DNA of 64,000 nucleotides from Candidatus Micrarchaeota archaeon (lineage in GTDB: Archaea; Micrarchaeota; Micrarchaeia; Anstonellales; Bilamarchaeaceae). The stretch is taken from positions 5,291-69,290 of the forward strand of contig JBGFRX010000005.1 of NCBI GenBank assembly GCA_041694885.1. Reading direction: 5' to 3'. The position numbers were made by a program, and so were the translations under genes. Position 1 is the first letter of the stretch, and each line of letters opens with the position of its first letter. The notes below the pieces were generated by a model. That model saw only the letters and a program-made list of their open reading frames with translations. It searched no databases and was not told the DNA's origin. This document shows, one piece after another, positions 27,307-36,672 of the stretch.

Positions 27307-30300
27307 GTGGTGGAAGAATGACGGACAAGATAAGGAAAAGGGACGGAAGTGTAGTTGCGTTCGACGCTGGCAAGATAAAAGAGGCAATATGGAAGGCAGT
27401 GCAGGCGGTCGGCGGAAAGGACATGGAGGAATCGGACAGGACCGCTGAATTCGCGGTTAAGCTCCTGAACGAGAAATTCGCCAAAGAAATACCTTCAGTA
27501 GAGGATATACAGGACATCGTGGAAAAGGCGCTCATAGAGCGCGGGCATGCGACCACTGCGAAGGCGTACATACTCTACAGGCACAAAAAAAGCGTTGAAC
27601 GGGAAGTTAAGGGCATAATGGGCGTGAAGGATGACCTCAAGCTCTCGCTCAATTCCATACAGGTCCTGGAGCGCCGCTACCTACTCAAGGACGATTCAGG
27701 AAAGATAATGGAAACACCTGGCGGGATGTTCAGACGGGTCGCGAAGTTCATCGCCTCAGGGGAAAAGGCGTTTGGAGGGGACGAAGAGACGGTGAAGGAC
27801 TTCGAGGAGGCGTTTTACGAGGCGATGATAAAGCTGGAATTCATACCCAATTCCCCGACACTGATGAACGCAGGAACAGGGCTCGGCCAGCTCTCAGCAT
27901 GCTTCGTTCTCGGCGTCACGGACGACTTGGACGACATATTCGAGACAGTGAAGAACACTGCATTGATACACAAGAGCGGTGGAGGCACCGGCTTTTCCTT
28001 CTCTTATCTGCGCCCCAAGGGCGACTTCGTGAAAAGCACTGCCGGCGTGGCGAGCGGACCAATTTCGTTCATGACCATCTTCGACGTGGCGACTAACGTG
28101 GTAAAGCAGGGTGGCAAGCGCAGAGGCGCGAACATGGGCGTGATGGAAATATGGCATCCTGACATCGAAGAGTTCATCACAGTGAAGCAGACGCCGGGCG
28201 TGCTCGAGAACTTCAACATCAGCGTGGGTGTGGACAACAGGTTCATGAAGGCGCTCGAAGAGGATAGCGAATATGACCTCATAAACCCAAGGACCGGCCA
28301 GCAGGTGAGAAAGGTGAAGGCAAAGGGCCTGTTCAACCACATCGCCTATTCCGCGTGGAAGTCAGCAGAGCCAGGCATTCTTTTCATGGACACTATAAAC
28401 AATGCCAATCCAACTCCAAAAGAAAGGATCGTTGCGACTAATCCTTGCATTTCAGGAGACACGCTTGTGTGCACGAACGAAGGGCTCGTAGAGGCGTCCA
28501 AGGTACACAATCCTCACCACGTAATCGGCTCCGACGGCAAATACCACCCTGTGCGCTGGGCTGGCCAGACCGGGGAAAAGGAGCTTTTCCTCGTGAAGAC
28601 GAATGCGGGCTACGAAGCCAAGGCAACTGCGGAGCACAAATTCCTCACTGAAGGCGGATGGAAAGAGGTGCGCGAACTAACTTCCGAAGACCGGCTTGTG
28701 CTCCAGAAACAAGGAAAATTCGGAGCAATGCGCATTGACAGGGAGATGGCGCTCGCGCTCGGCTGGCTTGTTAGCTGCAACCATATGTCCAAAGACGCAC
28801 AGGACGTGATATTTCATTTCGGGGAAGAGGAGAAGGCGGAGCTCCTCCCTGTGTTCAGGGAATATTTCGACCGCATAAACGGAGTGAAAGTGAAGCCGCA
28901 GAAAAGCAGGACAGGAACGCGGCTTAAATATTCGTCCAAAATAGCTGCGAAATTCCGTGAATTCGGGTTCATGCACCTCAAAGCGCGCGAGAAGGAAGTG
29001 CCTTCAGCTGTCTTTTCAATGAACGAGGAATCAGTGGGGAATTTCCTTTCCGCATTGTTCGGCGCAAGCGGCTCTGTGCAAAGCAACAGCGAAAAGGAAG
29101 TAAGCATACGCCTCTCATCCAGCTCCATCAAGCTGCTCAAGCAGGTGCAGGTGCTTCTCCTTCAGTTCGGCATCGTTTCCAGGGTGTACGAAAGAAGGCG
29201 GGGCGGGCATGCGAAAATCCTTCCTGATTCGAAAAGACAAAGCAAGGAGTATTCATGCAAGGCCCAGCACGAACTGATGATAAACAGGGCGAGCATGTTC
29301 CTGTTCATGAACAAGGTTGGTTTTGCGGTTTCATCCAAAAACGAAAAATTCGCGGAGCTTAAGCCCAAAAAGGCATATTCGGATGATATGGATAGTTCGG
29401 TTGCCTCTGTCACGAGCGCAGGATTCGCGCCTGTATACGACCTCACCGAGCCGCAAACGCATTCATTTTCCGCGAATGGCCTCATAGTGCATAATTGCGG
29501 CGAAGTCCCGATGCCCAATTATGAGTCATGCAACCTCGCGAGCATAAACCTCGCGAAATTCGTGGAAATCGACTGGAGCAGGAGCGACTGGAAAAGGAAG
29601 ATCAACTGGAAGCGCCTGCGCTACATAGTCCGGCTCGGCGTGCAGTTCCTCGACAACGTCATCGAGCTGAACAAATACCCGATTCCGAAAATAAAGGAGA
29701 AGACGCTCTACAACAGGCGCATAGGGCTCGGCGTGATGGGCTTCGCGAAGATGCTCTTTAAGATGGGGATAAAGTACGATTCCGACGAGGCGTTTAGGAT
29801 AGGGGAAGAAGTGATGAAATTCATAACCGAGGAGGCGAGAAAGATGAGCCATGAGCTCGGAAGGGCGCGCGGCTCCTTCCCCGGCTTCGCGGACTCCGTG
29901 TGGGCGAAGAAATACGATGGGATGCGCAATGCGACCGTGACCTCGATAGCTCCAACAGGGACCATTTCGATGATTGCGGACACTTCAAGCGGTATAGAGC
30001 CGGTGTTCTCGCTCGCGTACGTGAAGATAGTGATGGATGGCACCCGGCTCTATTATTCAGACGACACGTTCGAGCACGTGCTCAAGGTAAGGGGGCTGTA
30101 CTCGCCAGAGCTGATGCAAAAGGTAATAGAAAGCGGGAGCATCGCAGGGATGGAGGAAATCCCGAAGGAAGTGACGGAAATATTCCGGGTCGCGTACGAC
30201 GTGCGGCCAGAGGCGCACGTGCGCATGCAGGCCGCGTTCCAGAAATACACGGACCTGGCGGTGAGCAAGACCATAAACCTGCCTCCGGACGCCACAGTCG

Positions 30301-30470
30301 AGGACGTGCAGAGCGCGTACATGCTTGCATGGAGAACCGGGTGCAAGGGAATTACCGTTTACAGGGAAGGAAGCAGGGGCGAGGGCGTGCTCGCGAAGGT
30401 CAAGCCAGTTCCAAAGGCAGCGCCTGCTCCTGAAAATCCGAACCCTGTGCAGGAGAGGAACGGACAATAG
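27303..30470 (+). CDS. nrdJ: Adenosylcobalamin-dependent (class II) ribonucleotide reductase with N-terminal ATP cone, interrupted by an intein at the catalytic NPCGE motif
   Basis: ATP cone 'KIRKRDGSVVAFDAGKIKEAIWKA'. Exteins give 'ATNP|CGEVPMP' (NPCGE active site). C-terminal 'TINLPPDATVEDVQSAYMLAWRTGCKGITVYREGSR'. Confidence 0.85.
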   Translation: MSGGRMTDKIRKRDGSVVAFDAGKIKEAIWKAVQAVGGKDMEESDRTAEFAVKLLNEKFAKEIPSVEDIQDIVEKALIERGHATTAKAYILYRHKKSVEREVKGIMGVKDDLKLSLNSIQVLERRYLLKDDSGKIMETPGGMFRRVAKFIASGEKAFGGDEETVKDFEEAFYEAMIKLEFIPNSPTLMNAGTGLGQLSACFVLGVTDDLDDIFETVKNTALIHKSGGGTGFSFSYLRPKGDFVKSTAGVASGPISFMTIFDVATNVVKQGGKRRGANMGVMEIWHPDIEEFITVKQTPGVLENFNISVGVDNRFMKALEEDSEYDLINPRTGQQVRKVKAKGLFNHIAYSAWKSAEPGILFMDTINNANPTPKERIVATNPCISGDTLVCTNEGLVEASKVHNPHHVIGSDGKYHPVRWAGQTGEKELFLVKTNAGYEAKATAEHKFLTEGGWKEVRELTSEDRLVLQKQGKFGAMRIDREMALALGWLVSCNHMSKDAQDVIFHFGEEEKAELLPVFREYFDRINGVKVKPQKSRTGTRLKYSSKIAAKFREFGFMHLKAREKEVPSAVFSMNEESVGNFLSALFGASGSVQSNSEKEVSIRLSSSSIKLLKQVQVLLLQFGIVSRVYERRRGGHAKILPDSKRQSKEYSCKAQHELMINRASMFLFMNKVGFAVSSKNEKFAELKPKKAYSDDMDSSVASVTSAGFAPVYDLTEPQTHSFSANGLIVHNCGEVPMPNYESCNLASINLAKFVEIDWSRSDWKRKINWKRLRYIVRLGVQFLDNVIELNKYPIPKIKEKTLYNRRIGLGVMGFAKMLFKMGIKYDSDEAFRIGEEVMKFITEEARKMSHELGRARGSFPGFADSVWAKKYDGMRNATVTSIAPTGTISMIADTSSGIEPVFSLAYVKIVMDGTRLYYSDDTFEHVLKVRGLYSPELMQKVIESGSIAGMEEIPKEVTEIFRVAYDVRPEAHVRMQAAFQKYTDLAVSKTINLPPDATVEDVQSAYMLAWRTGCKGITVYREGSRGEGVLAKVKPVPKAAPAPENPNPVQERNGQ
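28446..29495 (+). mobile_element. 350-aa intein with degenerate LAGLIDADG blocks, inserted at the RNR catalytic Cys
   Basis: Starts 'CISGDTLV' and ends 'IVHN' followed by the +1 Cys of NPCGE. Blocks 'LALGWLVSCNH' and 'GNFLSALFGASGSV'. Confidence 0.8.
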
Positions 30471-30504
30471 GCATTTCCAGTTCCGTATTTTGGGTTCCAT
30501 CCAT

Positions 30505-31929
30505 TCAGTCCGCACACTCAATTATTTCCCTTATTATTTTCTCCACTTCCTTCGCGTCCACAGTTCCCTGCGCTTTCCCCAACACCTTTCCAACCAAAAA
30601 GAAGATGGATTTGGCATTTCCGGCTTTATAGTCCGCAACAGCTTTCCGGTTCTCCTTCACTGCATCTTCGCATGCCTTCCTGAGCGCGCTGGCATCGGAG
30701 CTCTTCAGCAGCCCCAAATCACCAGCTATGTCGTGCGGCATCTCCTTGAGTTCAATATAGCTGCTGCTTTCCCGCACCTTGACCAAAACATCACTATCGA
30801 GCATCCTTATCAGTATCATGTCCGCTGCCCTGTCGGTAATTTTTCCGGATGAAAGCATCCCGTAAAGCTCTCCAAGGTGCTTTCCGTTCAGCCCGCTGCT
30901 CCTGAATAGAAGGTTCCGATAATTGAGCTGCTTTCTCAAAGGTCCCCGCATCCAGTTTGCCAGCTTCTGCGGCTCGAATTTTCCTGATTTCGCAAGCAAT
31001 TCGTAAACGTCGGCGAATTCCCTTTCAATTACCAATACTACTGCATCAACAGGAGTTATCCCGTAATCTTTCGCAATGCGTTTCGCCCTGTCATCAGGCA
31101 ATTCCGCAACCTCTTCCCCGGCGGTTTTCCATTCAACAGCAGAAACGACGAGTGGAGGAATGTCCGGGTCAGGCACGTACCTGTAATCATCAGCCGTCTC
31201 CTTTTTCCTGAGCCGCACAGTTATTCCACTGTTCTCGTCGAAGTGCCTTGTTTCCTGCGTTATCCTTGCACCCTGCTCAATCTGGGTTTTTTGCCTCTTC
31301 AGCTCGAAAGAGAGCGCATCATATACGTTTGAAAAGGAGTTGATGTTCTTTATTTCCACCCTTGCACCCTCCCCGATACTCACGTTCGCATCTATTCTCA
31401 TCGTTCCCACTTCGTCCTTTATCGCGTTGAAATAGCGCAGATACCATTCGAGCTTACCCAAAAACTCCTTCGCGTCCTCAGGACTCCGCATGTCCGGCGC
31501 AGTGACTATTTCCACGAGCGGGACCCCGCTTCTGTTGTAATCGACAAAGCCCTTCCTGAGCTCGTACCTTCCCGGATCTTCCTCGAAATGCACCTCCCAG
31601 ATCCCGATCCCATTGAGCGTTCCGCGTTTTGCCACCGGCTTTGAGGTGCGCTGGTAGCCCGAAGGCAGATCAGGGTAAAAATAGTGCTTCCTCTGAACGA
31701 AAATTTCCTTTTCGAGCTCGGGCTCAGCGCCGAGCATTTTCGCAATCCTCAGGACATGCGAAAGCGCCTGCTTGTTCACTGCCATGGGCTTTGCTCCGGG
31801 CTGACCGGTGCATATTGGGCAAATATTCGCGTTCGGCTCAGCATGCCCGTAGTTCGTTGGGCACTCGCAGAACATTTTCCCTTCACTGTTGAGCTGGACG
31901 TGGATTTCGAGCCCTATTACTGCGTTCAT
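30505..31929 (-). CDS. gatB: Asp-tRNA(Asn)/Glu-tRNA(Gln) amidotransferase subunit B
   Basis: 'MNAVIGLEIHVQLN...KMFC' start; GatB/YqeY C-terminal domain. Confidence 0.9.
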   Translation of the reverse strand: MNAVIGLEIHVQLNSEGKMFCECPTNYGHAEPNANICPICTGQPGAKPMAVNKQALSHVLRIAKMLGAEPELEKEIFVQRKHYFYPDLPSGYQRTSKPVAKRGTLNGIGIWEVHFEEDPGRYELRKGFVDYNRSGVPLVEIVTAPDMRSPEDAKEFLGKLEWYLRYFNAIKDEVGTMRIDANVSIGEGARVEIKNINSFSNVYDALSFELKRQKTQIEQGARITQETRHFDENSGITVRLRKKETADDYRYVPDPDIPPLVVSAVEWKTAGEEVAELPDDRAKRIAKDYGITPVDAVVLVIEREFADVYELLAKSGKFEPQKLANWMRGPLRKQLNYRNLLFRSSGLNGKHLGELYGMLSSGKITDRAADMILIRMLDSDVLVKVRESSSYIELKEMPHDIAGDLGLLKSSDASALRKACEDAVKENRKAVADYKAGNAKSIFFLVGKVLGKAQGTVDAKEVEKIIREIIECAD

Positions 31930-33284
31930 TTCTTATCCAACCTCTCTATCTCTTCCATCACTCCGAATACCTTTCCTTCCTCAAACCGGCTTCCCAAAAC
32001 CTGCATCCCGGGCCTGAATTTACCTATTTTCCCAAAAGGCACGGAACCAGCAGGGATTCCTGCAAGGTTTGCAGGAACAGTCAATATATCAGCGAGGTAC
32101 ATTTCCAACGGATTCCCCATCTTCTCCCCGATCTTCCAGGGCAGCGTGCTCATAGTGGGCCCGAGCAAAACATCGTGCTTCCCGAGCACGGCCTCGATTT
32201 CCCTCTTCAGCACTGCTCTTGCCCTGAGCGTTTTCCCATACCATTCCTCCTGGTACTCCTTCGTGGTTATGAACGTACCGAGAAGAATCCTCCGCTTCAC
32301 TTCCAGTCCGAATTTGTCGCCGCGCAGTTCAGCAACCGCTTCTGCAAAATTCTCGAATTCGCGCCCTGTTTTCCCATACCTCAAGCCATCGTATTTCTGC
32401 ATTGCGCTCGAGAATTCCGCGAAAACGGTCAGGTAATAGATCGGAATCGCATGCCTTATTGCCGGGATCGAAACCTCGGAAATTCTGTAGCTCTCAGCAC
32501 CCAGTTTATCCGTGAGCGAATGGAAAATTTTTGAAATACGTTCATCACAGCCATCCAAAAATTCCTTTGCAACTGCGATGCCCGGCTTTCCGGAATAATC
32601 CAATTCGACTTTCCCAACTGCATGTGTGCTCTGATCCCGCTCATCCATTCCCCCAATTGCCGAAAGCATGAGTTTGGCATCCTTCACGCTTGAAGCGAGC
32701 GACCCAATCTGGTCCAATGACATTGCCATGTCCGTAAGCCCATAGCGCGAAACCAGCCCATAAGTGGGTTTCATGCCCACTGTTCCGCAGAACGAAGCCG
32801 GGCACCTTATCGAGCCGCCCGTATCCGAGCCAAGAGCCATATCAGCAAAGCCAGCAGCAACCGCAGCAGCGCTTCCTCCACTACTCCCCCCAGTCACATA
32901 TTCGCTGTCAAGAGGGTTCCTGCTCGGGAAAAACGCGCTTTTGGTGCAGTCGCTTCCGCACGCGAACTCGTCCATGTTCGCGCTTCCCATGAGTATGCCG
33001 TCTTCCGCCTCTATGCGTTCTATTACCGTAGCGTTGTAGGGTGCGATATATTTCTCGAGCATTTTCGAGCCGCACGTGAGCCGCTTTCCTTTTACTGCGA
33101 TATTGTTCTTCACTATGATTGCTTTTCCTGCAAGCACCCCTGGTTTCTTCCCTTCCTTCGCCTTTTCGTCCAGTTCCCTTGCCTTTGCGAGCGCCTCTGC
33201 TTCGTAAATTTCGAGGAAAGTGTGCAGCCGGGCGTCTTCCTTCTGTATTTTGTCCAGCAATTTGGAGATGCGCTCGTAGTGCAT
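31926..33284 (-). CDS. gatA: Asp-tRNA(Asn)/Glu-tRNA(Gln) amidotransferase subunit A (amidase signature)
   Basis: Amidase signature 'GGSSGGSAAAVAAGFADMALGSDTGGSIRCPASFCG'; overlaps gatB by 4 nt. Confidence 0.9.
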   Translation of the reverse strand: MHYERISKLLDKIQKEDARLHTFLEIYEAEALAKARELDEKAKEGKKPGVLAGKAIIVKNNIAVKGKRLTCGSKMLEKYIAPYNATVIERIEAEDGILMGSANMDEFACGSDCTKSAFFPSRNPLDSEYVTGGSSGGSAAAVAAGFADMALGSDTGGSIRCPASFCGTVGMKPTYGLVSRYGLTDMAMSLDQIGSLASSVKDAKLMLSAIGGMDERDQSTHAVGKVELDYSGKPGIAVAKEFLDGCDERISKIFHSLTDKLGAESYRISEVSIPAIRHAIPIYYLTVFAEFSSAMQKYDGLRYGKTGREFENFAEAVAELRGDKFGLEVKRRILLGTFITTKEYQEEWYGKTLRARAVLKREIEAVLGKHDVLLGPTMSTLPWKIGEKMGNPLEMYLADILTVPANLAGIPAGSVPFGKIGKFRPGMQVLGSRFEEGKVFGVMEEIERLDKK

Positions 33285-33288
33285 GAAA

Positions 33289-33591
33289 TCAATCCAGCGT
33301 TTTGGGCGCTACAAGAAGGCGGCTGCTCTTTTGCGTGAAATTCTCCACTATTGCGTCAACTTCGCCCTTTGCCCTGACTTTCGCTGAGTCGCTCCGAAGC
33401 CCGCCCTTTGCTCCGGTTACGTAGAAAAGCTGCCCGCCTTTCCCGCAGATTTCGCTTATACGCGAGAAATAGCCGAAAATGTCTGCGAACTCCTTTTCCA
33501 ACTGCACGATTTCCAGCTCGCTGAGTTTCACGCGCGAAAGCTCAGCCATTTTTCCCACAAGTTCCTTATCAACTTTCATGGCAAATCCCAA
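33289..33591 (-). CDS. gatC: Amidotransferase subunit C
   Basis: About 95-aa protein directly upstream of gatA and co-oriented; GatC-like 'LSRVKLSELEI...EFADIFGYF'. Confidence 0.7.
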   Translation of the reverse strand: MGFAMKVDKELVGKMAELSRVKLSELEIVQLEKEFADIFGYFSRISEICGKGGQLFYVTGAKGGLRSDSAKVRAKGEVDAIVENFTQKSSRLLVAPKTLD

Positions 33592-33597
33592 GAATAT

Positions 33598-34188
33598 GTG
33601 TTTATGTGTTGGGCGGCAAATAAATTAATAATTGTTCTATGCGAATGCCGGATGAGCAATATGGAAGTGCATGCATTCAAGGAGCAGCCAATCTGGCCGC
33701 CTTTTCCTGCGCGCCGCACCCATATCCCCATGAAGAAAGTACTTGATGTGAGGAACGCAAAAAATGCAAGGAATGCGAGGCCGCGTATAGTGGACCGCAC
33801 CGAGACGCTGGAACTCGTGCACTGCTTCGCATGCAACGGGCACATCAGAAAAAGGCATGGCGCAAAGCCCAAGACACGGGTGCTGTTCAGGATCTGGAAC
33901 AACGCCATTGAAAAGGTGAAGTACGTGCGCCCGAGATATTACTGCCCGAACTGCAAAGCAGACGTTTTGCCGGAAATCCGCGATGCCCTTCCAAACATGA
34001 AATTCGACTTCGAGATAATAGGGCTCATCCTTGCTTTGAATGCGGACCGTGGCATGGGGTGCAGGTGCATAAGCAAGGCATTTTCGTCCCTATTCGGCAT
34101 CGGCATCTCACCTGCAAGCGTGAGCAACATCCTCAAGAAGATGAAGGCATTTTCCAGCTGCCGCGGCTTAGAAAGGAAAAGAAAATAA
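33598..34188 (+). pseudogene. ISL3-family transposase remnant: N-terminal zinc-finger plus HTH only, with the DDE domain missing. The real coding part is probably about 33730-34188.
   Basis: 'HCFACNGH...(25 aa)...VRPRYYCPNCKADVLPE' matches the zf-ISL3 pattern C-x2-C...RRY-x-C-x2-C-x4-L/F-x-E, followed by the HTH 'GISPASVSNILKKM'. The ORF stops after about 150 aa, where a roughly 300-aa DDE domain would follow. Confidence 0.5.
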
Positions 34189-34290
34189 GAAGCTCTTATC
34201 TTTGCAAACCACGCCTGAGAGTTCAACAACCCGGAAAATTTTAAACACTCTGAAAGAAACCCTTATAAACTCACTTGATAAAATAGAGGC

Positions 34291-35127
34291 ATGGTTTTCT
34301 ATCCAGCCATTAGAGAGCTTTTCAACCCGGGCTTGCAGGAAGTGACAGGGCTTCTCATCCATCTTGTGGTCCTTTTCGCGAGCATAATGCTCTCCTTTTA
34401 CGGACTGCGCAACTTCGCGCGCTACACAGTTACACTATCCAAAAATACTCATCTTCTCGGAATCGCTTTTGCGCTCATAACTTTCATACCCATAGGGGAC
34501 ATGTTCGAGCACCTCGAGCTGTTTCCAGGCACAAGTTTCTGGCACCACATGCACATCTTCACCAATGTCGCGGCATTCTATTTCATCTACCGCTTCGTGC
34601 AGCTCATAGATGCGAAAGAGCGCGAAGATATGGGAAAAAGCGCAGCACTGCTCGTCGCCATTACAGTGTTCGGAATAGTTTTTTCGGAAAGCGAGGAAAT
34701 GTTCAAGGCAGGACTCTTTGGTACTCTCCCGTACCATTACGTCATAGGTACAACCTACATCGCCCTGTTTATCGCCATATTCTGGCTTTCATGGAAGTTC
34801 CTGGATCAGATAAGCAATCTCGGAAAAATGGAGAGCGCGTTTTCGCTGAAGAGCTTCGCGATTTCCATGATACCGATAATTTCAGCATGCCTGCTCGCAA
34901 CCGGCGCCACCTCGCTTACCGCGGAGTTCATAAGGGACATCATCCCCAGCATTAAGAGCCATCCGTTTGTTCTGCTCATGGTCGCGTCGGTGAACGTGTT
35001 CTACCTGTCGCTCGCCATGACCCTCGTCGGCTTCGGCTACATGGCGGAAAAAATACACGGCTTCTACGCGCCCATAGAAAAATTCGTGGCAAGGAAAAAG
35101 ACAGAGACCCGCTACTTCAAAAAATAA
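34291..35127 (+). CDS. 7-TM membrane protein, paralogue A of an unassigned family with a conserved F-E-H...F-W-H-x-M-H motif
   Basis: 'DMFEHLELFPGTSFWHHMHIF', 'FSLKSF', 'FYAPIEKF' align with 'ELFEHTNMPPAGHFWHYMHLA', 'FSLKTF', 'FYTPIARF' of the ORF at 39598-40506. Confidence 0.5.
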   Translation: MVFYPAIRELFNPGLQEVTGLLIHLVVLFASIMLSFYGLRNFARYTVTLSKNTHLLGIAFALITFIPIGDMFEHLELFPGTSFWHHMHIFTNVAAFYFIYRFVQLIDAKEREDMGKSAALLVAITVFGIVFSESEEMFKAGLFGTLPYHYVIGTTYIALFIAIFWLSWKFLDQISNLGKMESAFSLKSFAISMIPIISACLLATGATSLTAEFIRDIIPSIKSHPFVLLMVASVNVFYLSLAMTLVGFGYMAEKIHGFYAPIEKFVARKKTETRYFKK

Positions 35128-35136
35128 CAAAAGGGG

Positions 35137-36384
35137 CTATAATATGTTCCCTATCATTTCAAATGCCCGCTTTATTATCTCAGGTGGCGGAAGGAACGTG
35201 GTGCGGAAATACGTTCCATCAGTTTGCTTTCCAAACCCGGAGCCAGGAACAAGAACAACTCCTCCTTTGTCCGTTGCCTTCAGGGCAGCCCTTATGAAGT
35301 CCCAGTCGCGCTTTCCTTCCCATTTTCCGCTCTTTATCTTCATGAACGCGTAGAAAGCGCCGTTTGGCTCAGGATAGGAAAGAGGAAGCCCAGAGGTCGC
35401 TTTTTCCAGCGCCTTCTTCCTTTCGATGAGCGTTTTTTTCACGTCCACAAGATAAGGGTCAACATCCTTCACGAGCGTTGCCGCAACGCCTTCCTGGAAC
35501 TCCCAGTTCAGCGCAAGGCGCCTGTTGCATTCCTTCTGCACCGCCTCCTTTATCATCCCCCATTCGTCCTTTCCGCCTTTTCCCATGGAATGGAAAGCGA
35601 GCCAGCCCACCCTTGCACCAGGGTAGAAGTAAATCTTCGAGACCGAACTTCCATAGATGTATGGAATTTTCCCATCTGCGATTTTCCTGAAATCTACTGG
35701 CTCGCCGAACGTGAGCCGGTCATAAGCGCCGTCGTAGAAGACCGGCACTTCGTGCCTTGCGCACACTTCGACCGCAGCCCTGAGGTTGCCTTCCGAATAG
35801 ACCGAGCCAAGAGGGTTGTTAGGGTTTATTATGACCGCGAATTTCGCGCCCTGGATTTTCTTTTCCAAATCACCTATATCTATCTGCCCGTTCTCATCAT
35901 GCCTGTAAAAAGCGGAATTCGCGCCGTTTAGGTTCGCCTCGGTTATGTAAATCGAGTATGTGGGATTAGGAAGCACAGCCTTGTCCCCTGGGTTGACCAT
36001 CGTGGAAAAGAGGAACTTTATCCCTTCCGTGAGCCCGTGCATCACGAAAACGTCGTCAGGAGTACAATTTCCGCCCTCAATTTCCGCTGCCTTTTTCCTT
36101 AGCGATTCAGTGCCCTGCGAGGGCGGATAGCCCTTGAGTTTTTTCCCGAGCGCTGCTTTCACGTTTTCCGCGATCGCGTCAGTCAGCCCCATTTTCAGGT
36201 CGTAGTTGGATTTCGCAGGGTCGCCTATGTTTAGCCAGATCATCTGCCTTCCCTGCTTCTGGAGCTGCACCGCTTCGATCACTACATCGCGTATCGCGTA
36301 TTCCACAAATTCCATTCGTTTGGATGGCCCGAATGCCACATTATCGCTTTTTCGTCCAGTGTCCATAATACCCCCTCTGTTCAT
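35137..36384 (-). CDS. Class I/II PLP-dependent aminotransferase (aspartate/alanine aminotransferase-like)
   Basis: Aminotran_1_2 fold; 'NPNNPLGSVY' and 'SVSKIY' (PLP Lys) motifs. Confidence 0.8.
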   Translation of the reverse strand: MNRGGIMDTGRKSDNVAFGPSKRMEFVEYAIRDVVIEAVQLQKQGRQMIWLNIGDPAKSNYDLKMGLTDAIAENVKAALGKKLKGYPPSQGTESLRKKAAEIEGGNCTPDDVFVMHGLTEGIKFLFSTMVNPGDKAVLPNPTYSIYITEANLNGANSAFYRHDENGQIDIGDLEKKIQGAKFAVIINPNNPLGSVYSEGNLRAAVEVCARHEVPVFYDGAYDRLTFGEPVDFRKIADGKIPYIYGSSVSKIYFYPGARVGWLAFHSMGKGGKDEWGMIKEAVQKECNRRLALNWEFQEGVAATLVKDVDPYLVDVKKTLIERKKALEKATSGLPLSYPEPNGAFYAFMKIKSGKWEGKRDWDFIRAALKATDKGGVVLVPGSGFGKQTDGTYFRTTFLPPPEIIKRAFEMIGNIL

Positions 36385-36672
36385 ATGAAGAAATTATCCG
36401 GAGTATGTTTAAATAATGTGTGATGGCGCAGACCTTGCGCATGCTTTACTGACATTGTGTGGCGATGCAGTCAAACGCCGTGGATTGGCCGCAAAAAGGT
36501 TGCGCATGCAACGATGTTTGACGGCATCGGGCGAATGCCACCTGCTTCAGCTGGTTGATGAAACTACTAACCATTGCATTTTTTCTGGTGACGCCTTTGA
36601 GCGAGTGCTGTTGTTTGGCGACGGCACGCAGTCCCTCGACTTCATGAGTCGTGGGTTCGCCACACGGTGTCA

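Noticed and set aside
36385-36672. Fluoride (crcB) riboswitch suggested by 'GGCGAUG...AAACGCC'
   Set aside because: The orientation is opposite to the downstream gene. The remaining crcB consensus elements and a fluoride-related gene are absent.
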